This document shows positions 53,420 to 64,000 of a stretch of DNA of 64,000 nt, piece by piece. The translations under genes were made by a program, and so were the position numbers. Below the pieces are notes generated by a model, which was not told the DNA's origin, made no database searches, and worked only from the letters and a program-made list of their open reading frames with translations. This DNA is from Octopus bimaculoides (taxonomy: Eukaryota): the NCBI RefSeq assembly GCF_001194135.2, contig NC_068984.1, forward strand, positions 60,213,635-60,277,634, written 5' to 3'. Numbering within the stretch: position 1 is the first letter of the stretch; each line of letters starts with the position of its first letter.

Positions 53420-54155
53420 TATAATATTGAAGCAACATTGGTGCAGTATTGATGCAACATTGCGGCAGCCCATGATGCAATATTTAGGGCAGTATTAGTG
53501 CAATATTTGGTGCAGGGGTAATACTGATGCAATATTGGCATAAAATTGATGCAATATTGGCATAAAATTGATGCAATATTTGTGCAACATTGATGCAATG
53601 TTTATGCCATATTAGTGCAACAGTGAGTGGAACATGGGGAAATCATTGATTCAACATTTCTACAACATTTGGAAAATATAAGTGCAACACTAGAACAATA
53701 TTGGTTTGTTATTTGTGCAATGTTAATGTAACATCAATACAATATTAGTGCAATATTGAGACAATATTGGTATGATGTTTGATGTAGTATTGTTGCAACA
53801 TTGGAGAAACCTTGGTGTAATATTGGTTTAACTTGAGAATAAAATAAGGATAACTTTGGGAAATCCTTGGTGCAATATTGAAGGAACACTGGGTCAATAT
53901 TATTGTTTTATTCTTTTCAGTCATTTAATTGTGGCCATGCTGGAGCACCACCTAAAAGGATTTTAGTTGCAAAAATTGGCTCCAAGAGTTCTTTGTAAGC
54001 CTAGTATTTATTGTACTGATTTCTTTTACCAAACTGCTAAATTACTAAACACACCAGCATCAGTTGTCAAGTGATGGCAGGGGGCAAACATACTCACGCA
54101 TGCACATACACATGCACACATGCACGCACAAACACACACACACACACATACGCAT

Positions 54156-54201
<46 letters not shown>

Positions 54202-54580
54202 CGGGCTTGTTCCAGTTTCTGTCTAGCAGATCATTCACAAGGCTTTGGTCTGCCTGAGGCTATAGCATAAAACACTTGCCCAAAGTCCTGCGCAGTGGGA
54301 CTGAACCTGGAACCATGTGGTTGGGAAGCAAGCTTTTTACCACACAGCCACTCCAGCACTTATTAGTTGAACATTTATGCAACTTATATACAATATTGGT
54401 GCAGCGTAGATAAAACATTGCTACTACATTTAGAGCAACATTAAATTAATACTAAGATAACACTGAGATGAGATTTGGTTTGATGTTTGTGCAAGATTGA
54501 TGAAACATAAGTGCAATAATGGTGAAATATTTGTGGAATATTAGTGTAGCCTTCATGCAATGCTGGTGCAACATACGGAT
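53420..54580. repeat. Degenerate 11-bp minisatellite (GCAAYATTGRT), split by a family A SINE at 53905-54355
   Basis: gcaacattggt / gcagtattgat / gcaatattggc units at 53420-53905 and 54360-54580. Confidence 0.85.
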
Positions 54581-56212
54581 ATATTTTCCAAAGTAAAATG
54601 TTTCTTTTAGATTCTTCTGGAAAAGTGAAAAAGAAAAAAAAAAAGAAAAAATAATGTTAGTCATTGATTATTAATATTTCCCCCTCACTGCATTTTTTTA
54701 TCTTATTCTAACTTTTTAACATTCCATGCAATAAATATATTTTCATTCAGTCAACTTTTATTTTTTTCATGCTAGATGGCGTCTCAGAATAAATTTTAGT
54801 TTTAAATAATTCTCATTTCTTTTTTCCACTCTAATAAATAATACATTTCAGTATACTCACTTAGCAATTTGTTTGTTAACACTTCAATAAAGTTTTGACA
54901 AAGTTATATTTTAGCTGAGAAATCCCCAAAATGTCTACTGTTGTCCCTTCTGTAACTGATGCTAAAAAGAAATAATGATTTCTGAAAGAGACACCATATC
55001 CCTGCACATTGTAAGAGGCAGCTGGAAGGCTTAGTGTCAGGAAAGGCATCCAACTACAAAATATTGTCCCAAAAAGAATCTCATGATGATAGTCATGGGG
55101 CTTACAAGGCTAAATCCTGCTTTAGCAGGGGTGTAAATGGTCTCTAAAACCTCTTTGTTGTGGTTGTTGTGACACAGGAACAGGGCCACAAATTTTGTGT
55201 GAAGTAGATTAAATCAGCCTCAGTGCTTGATTTGTACTTTATTTTATTGACCCCATAAGAATGAAAAAAAAAAAAAATGCAAATGTTGGTAGGATTTGAA
55301 CTCAGAACATAAAACAACATACCTAAATATCATAAAGTATTTGACCCAGTGTGCTAACAATTCTGCAGATCCACTGCTTTAGAGGGGAAAAATAATTTGT
55401 TCTAATATTGACACAAGGCCTGAGTGTTTGTGAAGAGGGGTTAGTTGATTACATCAACCACAGTGCTCAACTTGTACTTATTTTATCTACTCCAAAAAGA
55501 TGAAAAGCCAAGTTGACTGCACCAGTATTTAAGACTGGGAAAATAATAATGATTTCTAACAGTGATAGGATGCCACAGATTTTTGTGAAGAGTATGAATG
55601 GTTAGGTCAAACTTAAACACTTAGCTAGTACTTTATTTCAGTGACCCAGTAAGGATGCAAGACACTGTGGAACTTGGCAGTGGAACTTAGTAGAGTGATT
55701 AAAATTATGTATGAAACATTCACCAACTACCACACTTGTAGTTGGGGTACCATAGTACAAATAGAAGTTTACATTTTCCTCTAATTATGCCTTGCTGATT
55801 TAAAAAACATTCTCATTGGACAGAATCATCAGTGTTAGACTAAGCATGAAAAAGATGAAATGATTATGGCTAAAATGCCTTCAGCAATAACAAATGTAAA
55901 GTAGAGAGTGAATCATGCTTGTGTCAGCTTAATAAAATATAGAAGAAAAGCTTTGAGTGCAGGCATTTAGAAATGCCGTACCATTCCTGTCAGTCACTGC
56001 CAGAGGGAAAAACAAACAATGATTGATTAATATCATTTTGTCTCACTGCATATTTGATTGCATTAAATACATTTCTACTGATTGTTAGCTCTTAATAGGG
56101 TTAAAAGTCAAATAAATTCTCAGTCTTATTAAACCTATAGAGTCTAATGATTATTCACATTTGTGAGCTATATTTTATTCTAACTGTTGAATTGTGTGAT
56201 ATCTTTAATGAG

Positions 56213-56497
56213 ACATTATTTACATTATTTACATTTGACGGATATTCGTCCTCATCTTGTTTGTTGTTAACACAACGTTTTGGCTGATATACCCTCCAGC
56301 CTTCGTCAGGTGTCTTGGGGAAATTTCGAACCTGGGTTCTCATTCCTATCGAAATTTCCCCAAGACACCTGACGAAGGCTGGAGGGTATATCAGCCGAAA
56401 CGTTGTGTTAACAACAAACAAGATGAGGACGAATATCCGTCAAATGTAAATAATGTAAATAATGTAAATAATTCCTCATCTCTTAAATATAGAACTG
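56213..56497. mobile_element. PLE-terminus fold-back insertion with 13-bp TSD
   Basis: TATCTTTAATGAG at 56200-56212 and 56498-56510; inverted arms 56214-56329 and 56349-56464 with one mismatch. Confidence 0.85.
56364..56409 (+). ncRNA. Minimal type I hammerhead ribozyme (no stem III loop)
   Basis: GACAC-CTGACGA-A-GGCTG(gagggtatat)CAGCC-GAAAC-GTT-GTGTT; stem I GACAC/GTGTT, 5-bp stem II. Confidence 0.7.
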
Positions 56498-56683
56498 TAT
56501 CTTTAATGAGGTTAGAATCTCTGGGAAAGGTCTGTTTTGTTGTGACTAATTTGTTTTCAACTTAATTCATAACATTACTAAATCAATACAGTTCCTTTAT
56601 GATTGTCAGCTAGAAATATCAGTCAATTTTCTTCCAAATGGCACCCCAATATCTTAAAATGTGAAAAGACACATTGGATAATA

Positions 56684-57210
56684 TAGGGTGTCCCAGAATT
56701 AATTATCTATTTCAATGAAATTGGGCAAATTTAAAAAAAAAACAAAAAAAAACTGACAGAATTTTGCATTTACTTATGATTCCAAAATAAATAGATTTAT
56801 AAATTTTATTGAAAATTTTCAAAATGTGCTCTGTTTGTATTGCTACAAATTTCATATCTGTCTTTAATGTTACAAAGCACATTTTGAAGCATTTTAGGAT
56901 TCATCTCCTGCACTACTAACTGAATGTGTTATTTAAGTTCATCTAAACTATTTGCTCCATCCTGGGGATGGGGGTAGAGAAAATGATTGCAACCAAATTG
57001 AAACTAAGCTGTTGTGGACAGATAAGCAAGATTCAATAGGAATGAAAACAAAATCATAAAAAGAATTCTAAAAATTATAAAATCATAAAAAAAATTTTAA
57101 ATTTATACACTTTTTAACACATAGTCAACATGATAAACCTAAATAAAAGTGAGTTTTTAGAAAAATTGTTCAATTTCACTGAAGTAGATTGTTAATTCTG
57201 GGACACTCTG
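56684..57210 (-). mobile_element. Tc1-like non-autonomous element with transposase C-terminal remnant
   Basis: TA-tagggtgtcccagaattaa ... ttaattctgggacactctg-TA; minus frame SLDELK*HIQLVVQEMNPKMLQNVLCNIKDRYEICSNTNRAHFE. Confidence 0.8.
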
Positions 57211-57450
57211 TATAGTGTTAGATATAACAGGGTTAAATAAAAGATAGGATGAGTATAGCTGGAATACGTTGGTCATCATAGGTTTGTCCAGTGATGGTTG
57301 AGCTCAGATTAAACAACAACTTATGTTAAACTAAGTTTAAGGATAAAATTAAACTGAGACGACCATATGCCTATTTATCATTCATTTGCTTGTTTGGTAG
57401 TAGATTGTTTCATTAAAAATTAATCCTGAGATATTCCCTAATATTCACAG

Positions 57451-57505
57451 CAGCAGTTACTGTGGTGAGGATCTTCTTCCATGCTCTCTGTTGTTTCCAT
57501 AAAGA
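57451..57505 (+). CDS. Candidate exon (AVTVVRIFFHALCCFHK)
   Basis: Acceptor ttcacag followed by cagcag (NAGNAG); donor GA/gtaggt, alternative donor gtgagg. Confidence 0.25.
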
Positions 57506-57728
57506 GTAGGTTACAATGTATGAAGTCTTATGCCTTCAATACTGGTCAGTTTGCTTTTACCTGTGACCCTTATTTAAGACCAGATCAGCAGCTCCACTAA
57601 ACCTAATATTGTATCTAGCTGGATTTTCATTAATCACCATCATTGTCATTGTTTTTTAAAGTTCTTTTTACCATCTGGCATAGGTTAGACAAAATTTATT
57701 GAGTGCAGAATTTTCAATGACTTGATGC

Positions 57729-57775
<47 letters not shown>

Positions 57776-57799
57776 CATGCACACACACATGCATGCATG

Positions 57800-57831
<32 letters not shown>

Positions 57832-58214
57832 CTCTCTCTCTCTCTCACTCACACACGCACACACACACACATACACCAACTTCATTTATGAGACATTGCT
57901 TAACACAAGGCTATGGTAGAAGACATATACCCAAAATTCCATGCTTTTACATCCATGTGCATGTCTGATTCACTAAAGAAATGTCTTTTGCAAAGCTCTG
58001 TCAGTGTGAAAAGGATCCCTAGCCTTATTTTTGAAAAGTGTATACAGAGTGGTCAGCAGTGTGTTTGGTTTGAATGAGTGAGTGGTCAGTGATATTTCTG
58101 ACTTATGGACTTATTGTTCTCATTTAGATTAGAATATTGATACTGCAGATTTTAAAATGTATGCAGAATTATTTCAAAGTGAAAATTTCAATGAAGTCTT
58201 GTTTTCCAACTCAC

Positions 58215-58254
58215 CAGATCTAAATTCTTATAAGTTTTGGATGTTAGGGTATCA
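58215..58254 (-). CDS. Candidate 40-nt exon (DTLTSKTYKNLDL)
   Basis: Acceptor ctttgtcctcag, donor CTG/gtgagt, open in phase 2 only. Confidence 0.3.
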
Positions 58255-58289
58255 CTGAGGACAAAGCCAATGCACCACCATTATGCTGA

Positions 58290-58735
58290 AGTCCACTGTC
58301 AGGAAGGTATTCAGCTTTACAAACATTGATGAAACAAAGCGAGCAAATCATAGAAAAGACTGGTGTCCAGTGCTTACCCCTCTTGTTAGTATTACTGTTA
58401 TTACCCAGGCCTCACACAAACAAAGAAGGCCTAAACTGAGGTACAAGGACAACCTGAAAAGTAGCCTTAAATGTTGTGGCATTGCTCCATACAAACTTGA
58501 AGCCTCTACTGCAAACAGATTAGTGTGGATGTCTCTCATTTCATGAGCAGCAGCTGCCTTCTCACTGCTTCAAGGAACAGATGTCACAGGGCAGCATCCA
58601 CTTCCATCCAGACAACAGACTATTGTTGTGACACCTGTGGGTTCTTGTGTGTTTCCATCTTTGAACTGCAGAGTCACATGCATTCACATCACTGAGAACA
58701 CAAACTTTGTCATCATCAGACACCAACAACTCAGG
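58290..58735 (+). mobile_element. RTE LINE 3' fragment
   Basis: RRPKLRYKDNLKSSLKCCGI...NRLVW and terminal YCCDTCGFLCVSIFELQSHMHSH. Confidence 0.8.
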
Positions 58736-60086
58736 CCTCATTACCCTGGAACAGAACTATTTCAATCCAAACTTAAAAAAAAATAACCTTTTAATTCTGT
58801 CACTCTGTTGTAGTTGGCTGAGCTAATAGAGTATTAGAATTAAATTTCCCTTAATCCTGAGTTCAAATCCCACTAGGAATTACCTTCCTTTTTATCAATC
58901 CATTTAGTAAAATACGTTCCTGTTATGCACTGGTTTAGATATGGTTGATTTATATGTTTACAGAAACTGCAAACCTGTCTTTCATATTGATTTATGGTTT
59001 CATTACTGCCAAGTTCACTATTTACTTTAGGATTATTTTGAGACAGAGGTAGCTTATGTGTCTAGTGCCTTAACCATAAAGCTATAAATTTAAGCCAGCA
59101 GCAAGAATAGAAGCAGACATAGTTTTAGTAGTCAGTAGGTTGCTTTGCAAAATGTTTCTTCATTTTAGTAGATTACATTTGTGTCAGCAATGTTCCCAGC
59201 TTTTTATGTTCATCTAAACTAGTCATTGCTCTCTGTCAACATAGTCTTGCTGAAACTGCATCCAACTGTGATAACCTAGGACATTTTGTTGGAGTCATTC
59301 ATACTGCACTTTATTGATTTTTTCAGCCTTAAGTTTTATTTGAGGATTTTATGATAATGGATCAAACTGCAAAATTTTTTCCAAGTTTTCCAAGTGAATT
59401 ATCTCAAGGAAAAACTAATTAGTTTCTCAAGAATTTGCTTGGTGTCAAGCCAGTGCTACAGCATGGCCTTAGCCATGATAGCTAAAATAATCTGAAAAAA
59501 AAAGAAAAGAAATTAAATAACAACCTCCCAAGCTGTTCTTCTTTCTCTCTCTCTCTAAACATCAAAATGTTACATCTTTATGGTTAACTGTCATTTTTGT
59601 CTTATAATATAAAAGTCTCTTTTGCTTATATGGAGATGATAATTTTATAGTTGCATTTATTATGAAGCTGTTTCAGAACTTGGGATTACTGAAGGCGACA
59701 TAAAATCACTATCAAGGTTAACTAGAATCTTTTGATGTTGTTGTTGTTGTTGCTCTGCCGAAAAGACCAGTTTTATTACTTTATGCTGAAAGTAACTTAT
59801 GTATTATGCACATATAACATTTTATATGCTTTATTCATAAAAAATAAAAACAAAAAAAAAAGATATTTGAACATTTTTAAGATGGCACAAGAAAGATTGA
59901 AAGCTGGATCAGAAGATACTTTGAATATTATATTTATTTATTTTTCTTCTTTTTTACCCCGCCCCTGTTTTCTACTATATTTCTTATATTATTTAATCTA
60001 TGAGAAACCGTTGACGATGAAAATAGATGCGTTTTGGGTCATTATTATCATTTTTAGTAGTTTTATTGAATTTTACTATTTTTGTC

Positions 60087-60144
<58 letters not shown>

Positions 60145-60201
60145 TACATACACAGACATATACCGACACACAGACCCCCTCCACATAAATGTGTGTATGT
60201 A

Positions 60202-60260
<59 letters not shown>

Positions 60261-60509
60261 ACATATTTTGCTGCTCTAAGTTGAATGTGTATGTGCATGT
60301 GCATATGTGTGTATGTTTGCAAGAACATTGTCGTAAATTGAGGTTTCTTTTTTTTTTACTGTAATTTGAAAGTTGTGTGAGGTGCTTCCTGCATGAATTG
60401 ACATATTTACAAGTCCGCCACATATCTGTATGCACATGCATGTATGTATGTGCACACCCACATTCGCATTGCAACATACATATCATACATTTAATGTCAT
60501 ACTATCTTT

Positions 60510-61085
60510 TTATCTTTGACTTGTTTCAGTCATTACTCTGTGGTCATGCTGGGGCACCACCTTGAAGAATTTTAGTCAAATGAATCGACCCCAGTACTTC
60601 TTTTTTTTTTCTAAGCCTGCTACTTATTCTATCAGTGTCTTTTGCTGAAATGCATGTGCACGCATGCACACAGATACACACTCACACATGATGGACTTCT
60701 TTCAGTTTCCATCTACCAAATCCACTTACAAGGCTTTGATTGGATTAAGGCTGTAGTGGAAGACACTTGCCTGAGGTGCCACACATGATGAGAAGAACTA
60801 GAACCATGTGGTTTGGAAACAAACTTCTTACCACACTGCCAGGCCAAGTGAAATCGTTGTCATGGCCTATGCTGATGATATGTAAAAGGCACCTGTGCCA
60901 GTGGCACGTACAAGGCACCCACTACACACTTGGAGTGGTTGGCATTTGGAAGGGCATCCAGCCAAAGAAACCAATCCAAATCAGACTTGAGCCTCGTACA
61001 ACTCTCCCGACTCACCAGTTCTATCATAGTCAAACTGTCTAACTCATGTCAGCATGGGAAATGGACATTAAATGATGATGATGAT
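60510..61085. mobile_element. Family A SINE (minus, 60510-60840) plus family C end (plus, 60860-61085)
   Basis: Family motifs as above. Confidence 0.8.
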
Positions 61086-61535
61086 ATGTGTGTGTGTATG
61101 CATATATATATATATATATATACTCACAACAGAGCATGAGAAGGGTGGGGATATAGCTATATAGTTGTAGGCGGTTACATTATGTAGTTAGATAAACTGT
61201 CACACAAGATCTCAATATTTGCTTCCAAATATTCAGTCATGTATTCTATAATTTCTTTTGATCAATTCCTCTTGGTGTTGCTCCAAATTCATGGATGTAG
61301 ATTGTAAATTCTCTTAGCTAACCTGTATAAACTGGCTTCATGATCTAAATGGAAATCGTTGTAAAACTCCAGTGGAAAATTGTCCAAATAAATTTAATTT
61401 TTCCCTTTGATAATACAGAATATGACACTCTTTAGTCACCATGATATGATTTGTTGTTTGTTTCTGTTTGTGCCTGTCTGTGCCTGTTTGTGAAATTGTT
61501 CATCTCTACCTGTAGTGTATGTAATATGCGTGCGC

Positions 61536-61580
<45 letters not shown>

Positions 61581-61699
61581 TTAGATGCAGAACAGTTGTT
61601 GTTTTGATGGTGGTGACCTGATATGAGCATAGCTGTATTGGTAGAACCAGCACATACATAGGCAGCACACATGCACACACAGAGCAATATATATATATA

Positions 61700-61801
<102 letters not shown>

Positions 61802-61980
61802 TGTGCAGCACCTTGTGCTATTGTCTTCTACTACAGCCTTGGGCTAACCAAAGCCTTCTGAGTAAATTTGGTAGGTGGAAGTTCCGCCATGTGTATACAT
61901 GTGTGTGAAAGTGCTTTTGAAGGTTACATTCACACACTCATATATGTATTAATGTGTATGTGTATTTTTGCTGGTTCTAG

Positions 61981-62019
<39 letters not shown>

Positions 62020-62269
62020 CAAACTCCATGAGGTGTGCTGTAAGGTGCAACATGTTCCAAAAGCCTTTGACTTTTTCTATCCAAAGGGTTTTTCAACTCT
62101 ATATTTATTTACATGCTATTATGTTTGATTTTCTGTGCACTTCAAGACATTAAAAAAGGAATTATATATATTTCTATATATTTTTATGTATTCCTATCCA
62201 TCTTGTAATTCCTTTTATAACACACTTTATATTGAATGAATGAGCTCTTGTGGCAAATAGAAAGAAATT

Positions 62270-62430
62270 GTCATTATCATCATTATTGTTATCATTATTG
62301 TCATCATCATCATCATCATCATCATCATTATTATTATCATCATCATCATCATCATCATTATTATTATTATTATTATCATCATGATCATCATCATTATCAT
62401 TGTCATCTTTATCATTATTGCTGTTATTAA
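62270..62430. repeat. (ATC)n/(ATT)n compound microsatellite
   Basis: Directly visible. Confidence 0.95.
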
Positions 62431-63299
62431 TTTCTATATAAGGAGAAAGAAAATTGTGTGGATATAATTGATTTCTCAAACGTTATTGATTACCAAACAT
62501 GAAGTTTAATTATCAAAATGTACCATACTCTTGAATTTCTCTTCTTGAAATATTTTCAAGTACTTCACAAAAGTAATAGGCAAATATTTAAAAATATTTT
62601 CACTTTCTTCTTAATATTTTGTTGTGTGTTTTTGTTTTTTTTGTTTTAAAGTTTAGAATGTTAATATACAATTCTGCTCAGCTCCAACTGTTTTGTTTTT
62701 GTCAATAAATCAGATATTTATTGACTGTTTTTCATGGTATTATTATTGTTGTTGTTGTTATTTTAATTTTTATGTGGTCTGTGCAATTCTACGTAAAGGT
62801 CAAATGATTATCTCCAATAGCTTTATCATTTAAGAAATCTAATGTCAAAAGTATTTTTGCCATATTCAAGCGTCAGGAAATCTGTAAATATTGACTGGAT
62901 TATGTCTAAATTATTGTGCAGGATAAATTTCTAACCACAAGTGTTACTATTATTCAGCTGTTATAGATCAGCTGCTGCATAATTTCCAGAAGGAATTGGT
63001 ATTGTACATTTCTGAGTAAATGTACTTCTTTGCCTCTTATAATTTTTGCTTTTGCCTTTTATAATTCTTATGGATTTGCGTAACAAAACAATTTCAATAT
63101 AGCTTTGAAAAATATATTACTGGAATGTGTTATCAGAAAGTTTATGAACTGCTGTGCTTGCACTGCTCATTGGAATTGTACATGCAACTGATGAGCATTG
63201 GTAACTTCCCTAGTTACTTAGTCTATAAATAGGCTTCATACGAGCTATGAGTTCAGTTATTTACACAAAGTTTTATAACATTGTGTTAAAATAGATCTG

Positions 63300-63935
63300 T
63301 GATTTGTACAATGGGTATATAAGATTTTCACAAAGTCCAGTTCGTCTGCTACCAAGACCCTTGAAATAGTTCTTAGAGTTTTGGAGAAATTTCCTTAGAT
63401 CGAAGAGAGGTTTTTGAGTAATATGCATATTTCAAGATTAATAACTCTGAACCAAGACAGGCTCAGGGTGATTATGACTACCAAAATGTCAGAAGATATG
63501 GATAAAAATTTATGAAGTCACTCTTGAAGACTGTTGTCAGACAATCCATCAGCTACTTCATATGATTAGAATTAATTATGGTGATTGCCAGGATATTCAT
63601 ACAGAAGACCTGAACATGCATCACATTGCTGTGAAATTCGTTTCTCTGTGCTTAACTGACAAATCCCTCTGGGACTTTGCTGTGCTTTGCAAAGTGCACT
63701 TAAAACTGAAGAAACACTACTTTGGGATGAGGATGAAACTTAAAAACAGTGACAGACAGTATTAGATGACCTTCAGAGTCAGAATTTCAATGATACTTTT
63801 GTTGCAATGAAAATACACTGGGATTGCTGTATGCTGCAAAGAGGACTAAATTAAAGAGGATGGTGTCAAAATATAAAGAATACGTATAAGGCATTATTTA
63901 TTGGAATACTGGTGTACATTTTAAAAACCCTTTAG
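63300..63935 (+). mobile_element. mariner deletion derivative
   Basis: INYGDCQDIHTEDLNMHHIAVKFV resembles the mariner linker (…L.M.K..A.WVP); degraded C-terminal WD.C…G.YF region follows. Confidence 0.7.
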
Positions 63936-64000
63936 AATTCAAATTTCTTTGTCAAATGTATTGCCTATTTATTTACATTGTTTTGAATTAATCATGCATT

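Noticed and set aside
59732-60364. 210-aa plus ORF
   Set aside because: AT-rich low complexity running into (TA)n/(CA)n; an AAGATGGC and a GC box are present but insufficient to call a gene.

Overview
AT-rich animal genomic DNA with 11 assembly gaps. The repeat families match, from my recollection, those of coleoid cephalopods (Octopus); this was not checked against a database. Almost all entries in the ORF track are translated microsatellites or N-runs, and I cannot assign any cellular gene by homology. The window is dominated by: (i) several tRNA-derived SINE families and RTE-LINE 3' ends; (ii) decayed RTE and R4/Dong-type non-LTR retrotransposons; (iii) mariner/Tc1, piggyBac and hAT relics and MITEs; (iv) microsatellites and an 11-bp minisatellite; (v) scattered short candidate exons on both strands, all tentative. 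The most distinctive signal is a set of Penelope-like element (PLE) termini carrying minimal hammerhead-ribozyme cores. The clearest is a 285-bp insertion (56213-56497) with a 13-bp target-site duplication. It folds back over 116 bp and holds one intact and one point-mutated hammerhead core. A cluster of fold-back palindromes at 5.9-7.4 kb retains outward-facing hammerhead 3' halves, and two lone cores lie at 29.1 and 45.7 kb.
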